DNA of 63,098 bases, the filler included, from Reticulomyxa filosa (Eukaryota; Protista; Foraminifera), in assembly GCA_000512085.1 (NCBI GenBank). It is 12 parts of 12 records of this genome, joined end to end, with 100 filler letters (N's around TTAATTAATTAA, not from the genome) between each part and the next. Parts side by side here need not be neighbours in the genome. Positions count along the whole stretch, not along the records: positions 4,867 to 17,620 come from ASPP01012632.1; positions 17,721 to 27,494 come from ASPP01023093.1; 10 more parts are not named here. One strand, written 5' to 3'. A program made the translations under genes and the position numbers. Below, piece by piece: positions 10,783-24,165 of the stretch. Below the pieces are notes generated by a model. That model was not told the origin of the DNA, made no database searches, and saw only the letters and a program-made list of their open reading frames with translations. Every line of letters starts with the position of its first letter. Positions within the stretch are counted from its first letter, which is position 1.

Positions 10783-13700
10783 TTAGTCACTTGACCATGA
10801 AGAATAATGTTCTTGTGAGCTGTCACTGCTACTGCTACTGCTGGAGCTGCTGGAGCTGCTGTAGCTGCTGTTATTGTTAGTGATGTTGGTATCAGTGTTC
10901 CAACTCCAAGTTCGCGGATATCCTGGAGATACAAGGGTTTCACAAATATCAGGCACCAAAGTTTGAGCGCTGACGCATCTTTGGTCCTCTCCAAAGAGCA
11001 GGTAAGACCCTTTTTTCAATGTCACGTAACCTTTCAAAGCCAATTGAAAGTACTGACACTCACCAGGTTGCACTCCAAACTCCCACATCCAGCCTCTTTT
11101 TTCTTCAATGGTATACCCATCTGGCTCCATGTCTGTGGTGATCTCATCCACGCATAACTCGCAATCGCATGGAATTTGGAGAAAGAGTTTTTCCAAAGCC
11201 ACAGGGGTGTTTTTGTCGTTGCAAGTGAATGGCGGATTTCTGGAATACACACAAACCTCGTATTGCACATGTGTGTGATCGTGATGTGCATCGAAAACCA
11301 AATCCAATATCTCAAGACGCCACTCTGCATTCTCTTTGGCGCACGTGCAATTGGCAGACTCCAAAGAGAGAAAAGGAGGGACAGTGCACTTTGGAGTCGC
11401 TGTTGGCAATGGAGACGGAGAGGTCGGGAGTTTGGTGGGTATTTTGCTGGGCCGTGTCGTGGGCACTCCCGCAGGTTCGCGCGTAGGAAAATGTGAGGAT
11501 TCTTTTGTTGGAGTATTTGTCGGAGAATTGCTTGTCGAAAAACGATATGGAAGTGGAGTGGGATTGACAGTAGGAACTGGAGTCCAATTTGTCGATGGTG
11601 CTTTGGTTGGTTGCGACGTAGTTGGTTCACGCGTGGGATTTGGAGTGGGTACGTTCGTCGATAGTTGTTGTTGTTGTTGTTGTTGTTGTGTCGGACTCGT
11701 CGTTGGTGTTTTGGTTGGCAGTAAAGTTGGAGTCTGGCTGGGATTATTTGAGGTTGGAATAAGAGTGGGATGACTCGTCGGCAAAAGAGAGGGCTTTGGA
11801 GTAGGACGATTGGTGGTAGGAGACATGGTCTTGCACAGCTGACAAAGGGGCCGAGTCCAATTGGCAAGTGGGATGACTTGACTCTGAGTAATGATACGTT
11901 GTGTAGGGGGATGGAGTAAGCAGTTGAAAATGTCAGTATTGTAAGGAGGGTCTCTTTCCACAGGGACCCACCAAAAGTTGGAGAGTTTGGTTTGCAACTT
12001 GACACCACGATAGCCGGCCAAACACGGGTTTTGATTGGTGTCAATGCCGACGCGATAGCTTTGGGGCAGTCCATCGGTTAAGGCAATGCCATTGAAGCTG
12101 GTGCAAGTCTTGTTGCTCATATTGTACATCAACACGGCAGCGTCCAAAGCGTCCCGAATGTGCGTACCCGCAAAGCGAGTGAACGGGGAGTGAGGACGAC
12201 CTGTCGATGAAATAATGGTATTGGCAAGTGTTACATTGTATCCGCCTGTACGACAGTCCCACATGGATAAGTTCATTGGCATGGCAATCATATGCGAAAA
12301 GGTGATAATTCCTGCTCGGAAGCACAGTCTGTCCGAAAAGTTCATTTGAGCCTTTTGTGCATTTAAGCGATCAAACTCCTTTTGAATACTGCCAAACAGT
12401 TGTTTCACCCATTGCTTCTCTTTTTCAAACCCTTCGTCCGATATCGACTTGGATGCGTCTACAATGACAAACAGGTCCATGTGACTGGTCTTGCAAGGGA
12501 TGCCTGTAAAGTTGATCGTTGGCAATGGTCGGGATGAAGGCGATACTGTTGGTGTCAAGGTGGTCGGAGATCTGGTCGGTGGCTTTGTTGGTGCCAATGT
12601 GGTCGTCGTCGTCGTCGTTCTGCATGGTATGAGTGGTGGACATACAATTCCGGTCTTGTCTACATAATATTGCTCGTTTAATGTCCCAAATTTTCCTGTC
12701 AATCCGTCCTTCGATGCGATCCACGTAAAACATGTACCGTTTCTCAAATCACGTCCCCACTTTTTTATCAGCCCCGCACTTGCGGAAAAAGGGGACATCC
12801 ATTGTCCTCCGTTCACATTTTGCCAGCTGCGGAACCAACTGCCATGCACAAACGGCACTTCTATCGTCGTATCGACCTGTATCAGCTGCCCGTCAAAATA
12901 ACTATAGATCCATGCGTTTGACACTTTCACTATTTCCAAACTTCGGTTCCATGTGTTTGTCACTTGCAAGTCCACATCGTTTGAAAGTGGCAAACGATAT
13001 TCTTCCACTGGCTGTCCTGACAATGACATGTCGCGATAGATTTCCGACTCAAAAAATGCCCAACTAAACACTGGGTCCTGGTCCGTGTCTCCTGTATTCA
13101 AAAACGTATTGTTCCCGATGCATTCCTCCCAACAATTGTTATCCGGGGATCTCCTTCTTTCCAATTCAAAGTTGTATGCATTTGGAAACGCGTATCCTGC
13201 GTCGCTAATACACTTGTAGCAAGTGCTATTTGCTCCGTCATCAAATGTTTGTGCTGTTCACATTTTTTTTTTTTTTTAGGTTTGTAACCTCAAAAAAAAA
13301 AAAAAAAAAAAATTAATTTATTTATTTATTTATTTTCAAACCTGTTGTGCCGTAGCCCGACCAAATGACATAAGGGTACCAAAATTCCATGTAAATCCAC
13401 TCTGCAGTCATGTGGACGTATACTTGTCCCGAGTTGTTGTAATAACGAAACCTTGTTTCATACGCATCTACAAAGGTAGCCAAGTGCACATTGTTGTGAA
13501 ACATATAAACAACATTTTTTTATACGTTATTCTATTTTTTTTTTTTTTTTTTGCTCTCTTCCTTTCTTGTACCCCCCTTCTTCCCTCTCTTTGCAACTGC
13601 AAACGGAATTGTGTAACTCTGCGAGCAATGTTGTGTCAACAAATTAGTTAAGCTACGGTACGATAATGAATTATGTGTGTCCACCCACCAATTGTCCAAG

Positions 13701-13988
13701 TCTGGGTCCAGCTGACTCCCTGTTGCTGATATCGTTATTCCTGGTGTTACTACCACTTGGTCCCCATTACCTATTTGTGATTTTCATACCCGGTATATAT
13801 TCTCACGTGTGTACGTGTGTGCATGGTCATGGAGGAAAGAGGAAGAGACACCATTTTTATTATTTTTTTTTTTGAGTTGGTGTCTTTGCTCAATAAAATA
13901 GTGAGGATTTGTAAATGTCAGATACATTACAAGAAATGTCCTAACATGTCAAAAGTTCCAATATTAGTAGCAATAGCATTTGTTTCAT
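10783..13988 (-). CDS. Secreted vWA-domain protein with Pro/Thr-rich (PT-repeat) stalks and a Cys-rich C-terminal domain
   Basis: Spliced signal peptide MKQMLLLLILELLT|CNGDQVVV; vWA MIDAS DLFVIVDASKSI, plus GTHIRDAL and ALTDG; many PTxxPT repeats; Cys-rich beta domain; poly-Ser tail. The upstream small exons are approximate. Confidence 0.8.
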
Positions 13989-14556
13989 TTGTTTCTGTCC
14001 AAAAAAACAAAAGTGTAAAAATTCGCTTGTCCTCATGTAAGTGGACAGTTGAATGTATTTTTTGAATAAAATATTTTATAAGTATTTTGTAGAAACAAAA
14101 CGGAAAAATTTTCAAGAGCCTGGTAAAAGGGGAAAATATAAAAAAGTAAAATGATTTACCATTTTTGCGTGCTCTCACTGATGATTTGTGTTCTTCCAGC
14201 AATGAAAATTGAACAACTTTTTAAAAACAAGGGAAACACAATTGTGAAAGAACCCAAAAAAGGTTACCCACCTCTAGTCGCTGCTCTTTTCTTCTCGTTC
14301 TGAAGAAAAAACACCGTAAAAACATCAAGTTTTTCACTTAAACAAAAGTGTTAGCAATTAATCCTGTTGCATGAAATAAAAGGGAGTCTCTAATTAAGAA
14401 TGAAACAAACGAGAAAATCGTTCATAACAGCAAAATACGACAGAAAGAGCTTGTTTACAAAAAAACAATATATTACGGAAAAAGGTAACTTAGAGCTTTT
14501 CACGGTCTAAACCGACAACGAGCTTAATTTTTAAAAAAACGGGGAATCGCAGATAA

Positions 14557-16585
14557 TGCTTCAAGTAAGTCATGTTCATACCTGATAATACAGCACACTT
14601 AAAAAAAATAATAATAAATAAAAAAAAAGATTGGGGACATAAAAGCGTCGACTTTCAGTGTGGAAGTTAAGTCCACTGTAGACAAAAACTTTCCAAACGT
14701 AATGATATTGCACGCAGTGATAAGAGCGGACCACAGCAAAAGTGCGTCACAAGAAAATAAAAAAAGCAATGACAATAATGTAATTGTCCTTGTGGATGTG
14801 TCTCAGAAAGGATTTGACAATGTACACTTATGTTTTTCTGAATGTTCTGTATTTCACGCTAAAGAAGTACAACAATTTGGACTTGCCAATTTTTTTTTTT
14901 AAATAAAAAAAAAAGAGTGCTGCACCGTCAGCAAATAAAAATAAAGAATGGTGGCTAAACTACAAAGTGTACGCAGCATCAGTGAAAGAGATGTTAGATA
15001 TGTACTGTGAACAACAAACTGTAATAATTCAAAGTATAATGGACTGCATATTCGATAAGGAGCCTCAACGTCTCTCTTTCAACGAAGACGTTGTCGATGT
15101 TTTTACAGATAATTTCCATTACTGTGATTCCTTGATCACACTGTATAAACCACAAAATACTAAAGACAAAGTTAGCTTTCCTCTTCAATATGTCTTTTTT
15201 AATTTTATTTTAGTAATCATAAAATAAAAAAGTTTACAATATATTTATTTACGCTTTAGATATAGAGGCACTCCATCTTTTAGATATATTATGTATTTGT
15301 ACGTATGATTGGTAAACACAAATATTGCCATTACAAAAAAAAAAAAAAAAGGACAGTTCGGCAAAGGCATTTTTAGCCAGTCTTGGGGTCATGGCATCAA
15401 AGTCTGACAAAAGAGAAGCAACAACAGTGCAAGGACATGCGACGAATGCACATGCTGCGGAAGATTATCAGTTACGTTATTATCACGTAAATGAATCGAA
15501 GAGACTGCTCTATCGTTGGCACAGTTTACCAATTTGTGGAACAGAGTCTCATTGGATATCATCGTCGCCACATTTGGACCTTCGCGTATGCGAACTGGCA
15601 CGCTATTTGCTTATGTTTGCGCAGGGAAGCAAATATGGCGTAGCAGATGTTTGCTGGCTGCCTGATGGAACTTTGTACTGGCTCCAACACTTGTCTGTCG
15701 AGCATGTTTGCTGCCATCCGCGATTGTTTGCGCTATTGCGTTGCAATGTGTTTGAAGGGCTCAAAAGTGAGGTGCTCAAAGTAATGATTAGCGCGGAACA
15801 GACCAATCGCTTTCGGTTGATTAGATTAACGAATTGGCTCATCATTTGGAGCTTCCATGCAAGCGGTGCCTTTGGAGATGTATTTGCAATCCATCCCTTG
15901 TCTTCGACCCACAAGATCATTGCCGATGACCATCATATTGACAATAATCATCCCTTATCAAATAGGCTATTCAAAATATTGAATTCTCTTCAATTGAAAG
16001 ACTATCAGTTTTGTTCGTTTGTTTGTTTTTGGAGCCCCTCGATTTCTCTGTGCCTCCAATTTTTTAATACGTTGCACATTTTTTGCACACAGATTCAATA
16101 ACACTAAGATTGTAGAGCTATATCGTGATTTGGCCAAAATTGCAACGTTGCGACAAGAGATAATGATATTTTGTGGCGGGTGTATCGTATCCACATTAGC
16201 AGGTGAAGCCCTTGAACACTTACAACTAAATGACGAAAATTTAGAGAAAATTGATAATCGTTTGCAAGCGTATGGACATCTGGTAGTAGTCCCCACTACT
16301 GCTTTGCAGATTACTGGAGATGGATATACCAACAAAGACAAAGGATGGATTATAGACTTTGTTCCTATCCACGATCACTCCATCCTTGCGCGGTGGAACG
16401 ATGCAACCGGAGGAATGCACTTTGGAATTTGGAAACAACAAACCAACAACAAGTGGACACTTGAGCGCGTTGTGAATTGGGTCGAGCAACTCAAGGAGTG
16501 GAATCAATGTATACAATCCTGTTTTTTTTGGGCTGAGCGAGTTAAAACGCATTTAATTGCAATTCTGACAATTCAACATAACTAA
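14557..16585 (+). CDS. Uncharacterised multi-exon protein
   Basis: ATG CTT CAA|gtaagt at 14557. ORFs 14660, 14967, 15325 and 16019 join in frame through GT-AG introns and show coding-like GC content. No family recognised. Confidence 0.7.
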
Positions 16586-16929
16586 CATCCGAGAGTAAAT
16601 ATATACACATATATTTTTTATCTAAAGTATAAATGGAAATTTTAGGAAGCACTTTTACTTTAATTTTTCCTGTTTTGTTTTTTTTTTATTTGCTTTAATT
16701 TGATAATCTACCCAACAATTGATCATTCATTTCATTTCTAATCAAAAAAAAAAAGGTGTAATTGTGTGTATTAAATTTGAGTGTTATTTTTTTTGAAAAA
16801 ATCAACAAATTGACATTTTGGTCAAAGTTCAAATGGTTTTCTTCACATCATCAAAAATATTTTTTTTTTTTTTATGAACAGCCCCAGTCAACACAGTCCA
16901 GTTATTTTTCCCTCATGTGTTAAATAATT

Positions 16930-17516
16930 TCATGTTTGAACACAGCCGGTTGCTAATGCTAAACGAAACCCATAATCAGAAATTTTGACATACATCCGAT
17001 TGGGTGTGGCGGGTGAGTCAGGATGAGGTCTTGGCACAGAGCCAATGATTGTGAATTCTTTGGACTGTGGCTTATTCAATATATATGAAGTTTTTCGATT
17101 GACATTGTCTGGTTTCGTTTGGGATCCTTCATTTCCACCATTTTTTCGATCACTTATTTTTTCGTTGGTATTAATATTTGCATTCGTATGAGCATTGGCG
17201 TTGGAATTGTTATTGTTGTCATTGTCATTGTCACTGTCACTGTTGCCATCATTGTCATTGAAGGGCTTTGAAATTCCAATGACCTTTAAGACAGCTTCTC
17301 TTTGTTCATTACTTGTGCACTGTGCCGACAGCAACAAAAAACATTTAGATATAAAAGTTAAAAAAAGCATGAATTTTGGAAAAAAAGTGGAGTAACCGGA
17401 GCACAATAGTGCGGAGAAGAGATTAATTTTTCCAAAAACTCTTTGCATTGAACCGAAGGAAATAGATATGTTAATGCTGCCGCGAATCCTAACGTTAATT
17501 CGGCAATTCGAAACTC
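16930..17516 (-). CDS. RAB3GAP1: Rab3 GTPase-activating protein catalytic subunit, last two exons (5' end truncated by contig break)
   Basis: C-terminus KPQSKEFTIIGSVPRPHPDSPATPNRMYVKISDYGFRLALA matches the recalled RAB3GAP1 end PPAGREFILRTTVPRPAPYSKALPQRMYSVLTKEDFRLAGA. Preceding exon EFRIAELTLGFAAALTYLF...FLEKLISSP. Confidence 0.75.
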
Positions 17517-17766
17517 CTAATATATGAACACGTACATATACATATATGTATATATATATAGGTATGTATACATAAGCGCATATAATGATATAACAAATAT
17601 ATATGTATATGTATATATATNNNNNNNNNNNNNNNNNNNNNNNNNNNNNNNNNNNNNNNNNNNNTTAATTAATTAANNNNNNNNNNNNNNNNNNNNNNNN
17701 NNNNNNNNNNNNNNNNNNNNAAAAAAAAAAAAAAAAAAAACGTGTTTGTTCTTTTTGTACATGCAG

Positions 17767-19572
17767 CTAGGAATGTGTGGTATTGACCCACAGTCAATGG
17801 TGCCAAAGGGTTTGCAAATAAGACAAGAGGACACTAACACCAGGGGTAAGAATAAAAACGTTAGTACGGCAGCAACAACGAATACAAATACGAACACAAA
17901 CACAAACACGAATAATAGTAACAATAACAATGATGATAACAACAACAGCAAAAAAAAAGAAGATGTATTTACGCACTTAATGTCACAACTGCCGTTGCTG
18001 AACAGTATACTGTCAAGCTTACCCGAGCCCTTAGCGGAGATGCACGACTTGATGACACCGACGAACAGTATGCCATGGAATTGGAATGTGAACACGAACA
18101 CGGACACAAACATAAACATGAACATGAATATGAGCATGAATGTAAAGTCAAGTAGTATAAAAGCAAAAGTAAACCCGCCGATGGCAACAACAATGATGAA
18201 ACCCACGACCACCAATAGCAAAGTGAAACCAAACGGTATTGGTAACGGTAACGGTAACGGAAACGTATCGGCCGAGCGGAAACGAGCATCGAATAACGGC
18301 AAAGACCCGGTGAAGCAGATGGACTCGAGCTTGGAACGACTGACTTGGGACACAATGGACTCATCGGTGTTGGAATGCTCTGTGGCGCCGATCTACCATC
18401 CGGCCACGCTGTACCGCGCGGCGCGCAGGGCGCATGAGAACATAATCCGCAAACGGTACAATTCGCAACTGTGCTGCGAGTTTGTGACGCAGCTGTCGAA
18501 TCACTGGCCGTCGTTCAGCTTTGGGCCGGACGAGACGACGGAATCGGACTCGCTGTGCAGTCAGCTCGTGGGAGATGTGAAGCGCAAGTACCGACGCAAC
18601 AAAACAACTAGTGTGAATCTGGACCTGTCTTTGAACGAATTGTCTTTGGAAACGATTGGAAACGAAAGCCATCATTTGGATAACGGCACGATCATTCAAA
18701 GGAAAAACGTTAGCTTGGTTACATTGTGTGCTCAGCTATCACTTGCATTTGTCCTTTATTCTTCGCAGCATAATGCCAATTGTAATACGAAAGGATCGAT
18801 CGCGGTGTGGAACAAAGACATGGTGGAAAATATCGCCTTTGCCATGGAACTTTCTCTATGTAAATGTCTGGACTATCATCGCATCCATTTGATCATGATG
18901 GCGCTCTTGGATAAAAACGAGGAATGGTCTTGGAACGCGTGTTGCGAAATCGTACGACGTTACGGCCGCAGGCTTGAAGTCACGCAACTGTCTTGTCTTC
19001 ACCTTTATCTCGATCGAATGCGGCTGCGGTCGCAAGTCAATCTCGCTTCTGATCAGGAATTACGTATACAAGCCATCATTGCAAAGACTGTTCGATGTCT
19101 CGCTCATCCTTCTTCTTCCACTGACAATACCACTTCTGATGGCTGCGTGTCGCCACAATCTCCTTTTCATTCGTCTTCGAAGCAACACTATCCTTTTGAA
19201 AGCTTTCACACCCGCGCCACTACGTCTCCAGGGCTTTCGTTCCCTCAAAAAAAGTTCAATACTGCTGTCAGAGGAAATACCAAAATTGCGCAGTTTAATT
19301 TTTTTTTTATATCCTAATGCGTGTTGCTTTGTGTAGTCTCTTTTTTTTTTTTTAATGCTATTGCGTCATATCGGCATCTTGATATTTCTTGTTGTAGAAC
19401 TTCAGCGGTGATGATGCAATGCAACAATGCCAACGGCGGTCCTGAGCTGCTTTCAACCCCATCGGCCCAACATCCAACCAAAAGTGCAAAGAACAATCAC
19501 AAACAGGAATTCTGGACGAAACAAAAGGCTTTTTGCTGGTCTGGAGAACAACATGTGTTGTCAACCAAATGA
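17767..19572 (+). CDS. Uncharacterised protein (3' part) with Asn/Thr/Met-rich low-complexity tracts and a helical domain
   Basis: 523-aa open frame with GC-rich codon usage after the acceptor at 17766. The frame of the last exon (after ~19397) is uncertain. Confidence 0.65.
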
Positions 19573-20175
19573 CTTCACAAAGCCTCACTAATCATTGATG
19601 CAACATGTTTTGTTTTGTTTTTTTTTTTTTTTCTTGAAACAATTTTTTAAAATTTTTTTTTTTTTATTTTTGGGTTTTCAGCTGCTTCTTTAAATAGTAT
19701 TAGATGAAATTTCATATGTACTACGCACAAAGGGGCAGCTGTGAAGCTCAAAATGTGGTGAAGAGTTTTCGTTATGTTTTTTTTATTATTTTTTATTACG
19801 CTTTGTAAGGGGGTAACAGGGAAGGAATGGGAGGGGGGGGCATTCAATCGTTAAAATATCAGCTTCATATAGTAAAGTTGTAGGTATCGCTTGTAACACT
19901 GAAATGTTAAGTTTACTTTACCTTACATCTTGTTTTTTTTTTTGAAAACGTGTTATGCACAGTGCATGTTTTGAGTGCAATATGCACTCACAAAAGTTAG
20001 TACTGTGCAAAAAAAATACTGGAAATTTCTTGTACTGTAACCAACACGAAATTATATTCAATGGTCGCTTCAAATTATAAAAAAAAAATATGAAAAAAAG
20101 AAACTCATGAAAAGCAATGATAAAAGGGAAGGTCAATAACATAAATATGAGAAACAAAATGGTTTGAGGAATGAA

Positions 20176-20799
20176 TTAATCCCACTCCAAATCGTTTGGC
20201 CGAACCATTTTTTTGTCACATTTCAAGGATATTTCATTTTTATCAATTAACATAGGCTTCCTCATATCTATTCATCAGCCAAATTAAACAGTATATATTT
20301 GACTGCCAGAAAGATAGAGCGACGATAAAAGGGAAACAAATGAACAAAAACAAAGGGACAAACCGTAGGCATCTTCTTTATTGTCAGAGTAATATTTTAA
20401 CACTTTGCGATAAATGGAATATCCTAAGTGCTGATAAAATTTAATTGCAGCAGCATTACCACTGCGAACAAACAAATCGACAAACCATGCCTTGTGCAGT
20501 TCATTGGTCACCTTTTCCAAATATTTCATCAAGTCTGTTGCTAAACCTAATCGACGATATTCTGGTGCTACTGTTACTGCACTCACGTGTCCATGCCATT
20601 TTTGATCGCTTCCTTCTGCTTTACCAATCAAGTAGCCCATAATATCGTTATTCGGACCAAGTGCCACTTTGAAATACTCTGGCCAATTGCACATGTAGTG
20701 CATATAAAACTGCATCGAAAAAGTCTCTGTAAACGAGTCTAAGTTGACCTTGTTTATTTTGAACAAGTCCAAAAAATGGAAATCGCGAACACTGGTCAT
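20176..20799 (-). CDS. NAA20: N-terminal acetyltransferase B catalytic subunit (Nat3/NAA20)
   Basis: VNLDSFTETF, IMGYLIGKAEG, WHGHVSAVTVAPEYRRLGLA, FVDLFVR, EDAY|DMRK; one intron, last exon ends ...PNDLEWD*. Confidence 0.95.
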
Positions 20800-21199
20800 T
20801 CTTCTTGTCTTCTCTTAAAAAAAAAATTATCAAATCTTTGACAATATAATAATTTTAGCTGTGCAGTTTCGAGGAAAAAAGTTTTTCGAAGTTGATAAGC
20901 ACAGTCCAAAGGACAATTTATAGTATTTATTGTGTTTTCAAAAAATAGAAGTACAAATAAATGCTGTGGCCCAGTACGGTACAAGCCACCACAAGTACTC
21001 AAATTTTTTGTTCTTTTCTCAATTAGCTTTTTGGTACGGTGATAAAACATCTAAACGTATCCAAGCAAATATTGAACACAACAAAAACGAAAACTGTTTG
21101 AAAAAACTGTCCCGTCAACCCTTCTAAAAAAAGACGTCTCCCTTTGGTTTGAAAGATATTGCCAGTTGTCCGCTTAAAGTAAATAATTCAATTTGAATA

Positions 21200-23057
21200 A
21201 TGAGCAAAAAAAATGTTGAGAACGTGGAAGAGGAATTGATAGATTACGAGGGCGATGAGTTGAATGAGGTAGAAGCCGACAGTGGTGCTGCTGAGACAAG
21301 TACGGATGCAACCAAAAACGAAGAGAAAAAGGCCGACGAAAAACCAAAGTTAGCAACAAAAGCACTGTGGCTTTCGTTTTTGCGTTTTCGGATAAAATCA
21401 CGTTTGAATTACGTGCGCTTTATCGCTTGAGGGATATTGTTCCAAAAAAAAAAATTGAAAAAAAAAATCAACAATCATCAAAATACATAAACGTTTGAAA
21501 CAACGTCATGATTGTGTTAAAATTTTTGTGGCGCGCTTTGATGACGGAACAAACCAAGCCAAAAAGCATTAAGTCCCAACATTCAAATCAAACATGTGAA
21601 CTAACACGTATGTATACTCCGTGAACAGAGGAAGCTATGCGACGTTAGCGGATGCCACTTTCAAAGATATGTTATTAAACCCGGAGCTAAACCGAGCCTT
21701 GGGCGATGCCGGATTTGAACACCCGTCCGAGGTTCAGAATGAAGCCATACCCAAGGCCTTGTTGGGTCAAGATATGATCGTACAAGCTAAAGTTACAATG
21801 AACTTTTTTTTTTTGAGAATAGGATCGTGTGGGGGTTGCAAAAAAAAAAAAGTGATACCGCGAAAAAGCGAGACTTTTTTTTCTCTTCTTTTTTTTTCTC
21901 CCCCTTATTTTTTTTTTAAAAAAAAAAAGAAAAATTTTGTATTTTTTTTGTAAAAATCAGAGTGGCATGGGCAAGACAGCAGTGTTTGTATTGGCAGCAC
22001 TAAACCAAATCACTCCCGAGACAGGAGTTGTGGACACGCTTGTGATTTGCCACACACGCGAGATGGCGTTTCAAGTGGCCGGGGAATTTGAGCGATTCAG
22101 CAAATATATGCCCGGCGTAATAACAGGAGTGGTGTACGGGGGCGTGCCTTTCCCGGAATCGAAGCGAGTGATTGCCGAAGAGAAACCACATATTTTGATC
22201 GGGACACCGGGACGATTAGTTCATTTGCTCGAAGATGGCGTGTTGAAACTCGACAAATTGAAACGGTTTGTTGTCGACGAGTGCGACAATCTGCTGAAAG
22301 AACTGGACATGCGTAAACAAGTCCAACACATATTCCGACAAACTCCTCACAATAAGCAAGTGATGATGTTCAGCGCGACTATTGACGAAACTGCACGCGC
22401 TGTGTGTCGCAAATTTACTAAATCTCCGAAAGAAATTTTTGTGGATGACAAACAACTGACTTTGCATGGCTTGCAACAACATTATGTCAAATTGCAAGAA
22501 AAAGACAAAAATCGTAAATTGAATGACTTGTTGGATGCCTTGGACTTTAACCAGGTGGTGATCTTTGTCAAGTCTCAACTCCGCGCTGAACAGTTGAATC
22601 ACTTGTTGGCTCACTGCTCCTTTCCAAGCATTTTTGTTCACGGAAAGATGAAACAAGAAAAACGACTGGAGTACTTTAAAGCATTCAAAGAATACAAGCA
22701 CCGTATTTTGGTTGCTACTAATTTGTTTGGAAGAGGTGTAGACATTGAAAAAGTGAATATTGGTATGCTTATCTGATTATATATGTCTCCAAATTGTGTC
22801 CATCTTGCACCTCCTTTTTTGCAATGCATATTTGGATGTTGTTTTTTTTTTATGTAGTCATCAATTACGACATGCCTAAAGACACAGACGAGTATTTACA
22901 TCGTGTCGGAAGAGCCGGCCGTTTTGGGACTAAAGGATTGGCAATTACATTTGTATCAACTGCAGAAGAAGCAGAAATTTTGGGGCAAGTTCAAAGCCGA
23001 TTTAAAGTAAAAATCACTCCACTACCTGATGAAATTTCAACCAATTTATACATGTAA
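21200..23057 (+). CDS. DDX39B: DECD-box RNA helicase UAP56/SUB2 (4 exons)
   Basis: EELIDYE N-terminus, [59 protein letters not shown]. Confidence 0.96.
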
Positions 23058-24165
23058 TTGACTCCAAAAAAAATAATGACAAAAAAATCAAATTAAAAGT
23101 TAGCAAATATTTTGCTTATATTCTTTAAAAAATAAATGGTTTGACACTAATTGTTTCATTTGTTCGAATAGTCAGTGTTTGTTCAACAAAATTTTTCGCT
23201 AATTATTTTGGCATTTCTCACAATAATATAGCACTATCTTCCAAAAAATCAAACAACAAAGTAAATAAATCAACTCAAAATTCACCAAAAAAAGAAAAAT
23301 AACGATAAACTAAAAAATAATAACATTTCCACGGAAATTAATACATTTAAATAATTGTTCTCAATGACGAGATCAATAATTTTCAAACAAAAAACAAATC
23401 CAATTAATTAAAATAACATCAACATCTTACAACAACATCACAAAAAACAAGGTTCACAAAAAAATAAAAGGTAAAATATAAATCAATTCAATTAACAACA
23501 AATAAAAAAACTTGTAAACAGTTTGAATGAATTTCGCTAAAGTGGTTCATTTTTTACAATTTTTTGAGTTGTATTTTTATTTTTATTTTTTTGTTTGGGT
23601 ATTCACGTGATTTTTATTTTAGTGCAAGATTATATTTTTTAGTTTGTTTAGTTTTGTTTTGAAATTAAATTATTTTTTTCTTGTTTTATGAAGCACAATT
23701 TAAATTTTTTTGACACTATATCAAGTTTGTATTGAAAGTATTTATTTAAGCAATTCTACTTTTCATTAACATAAGACCTAAATGCTCTTTTTTTTCTGTA
23801 GAGTTGGAGTTGATGAACTGGATAGATATCCAAATCAAACCTCAAAAAGTATTTTGTACATATATTTGTCAATACAAAACTAGGAAAAATTAAGGAAGAT
23901 GCAAGACAAAAAGTATATGTTAAAAGAGGTCTGATAATTTTTGGGTTAGTCCAATGTTGCGACACAAATGGGAAAAAGCTACAATCATGCACTGATAGGA
24001 ATGTTGTTCACGAGGAGTGGTGGGAGGAGAAAACGTATTATGTCCTTGGTAGTAGTAGTTTTATGTTAGATATTTAGAGAACTCGCAAATCAAATTTCAG
24101 TCAACTTTAGAAAGAGAGCGTGAACAAATCAACAAGACGGTAATAACAGAAAATTACAACAGCTA

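Noticed and set aside
11034-12074. 346-aa alternative-frame ORF inside the vWA gene (and similar overlapping ORFs in CTR9, UAP56 and the RCC1-like gene)
   Set aside because: Expected by-product of GC-richer, repetitive coding sequence; no independent protein features.
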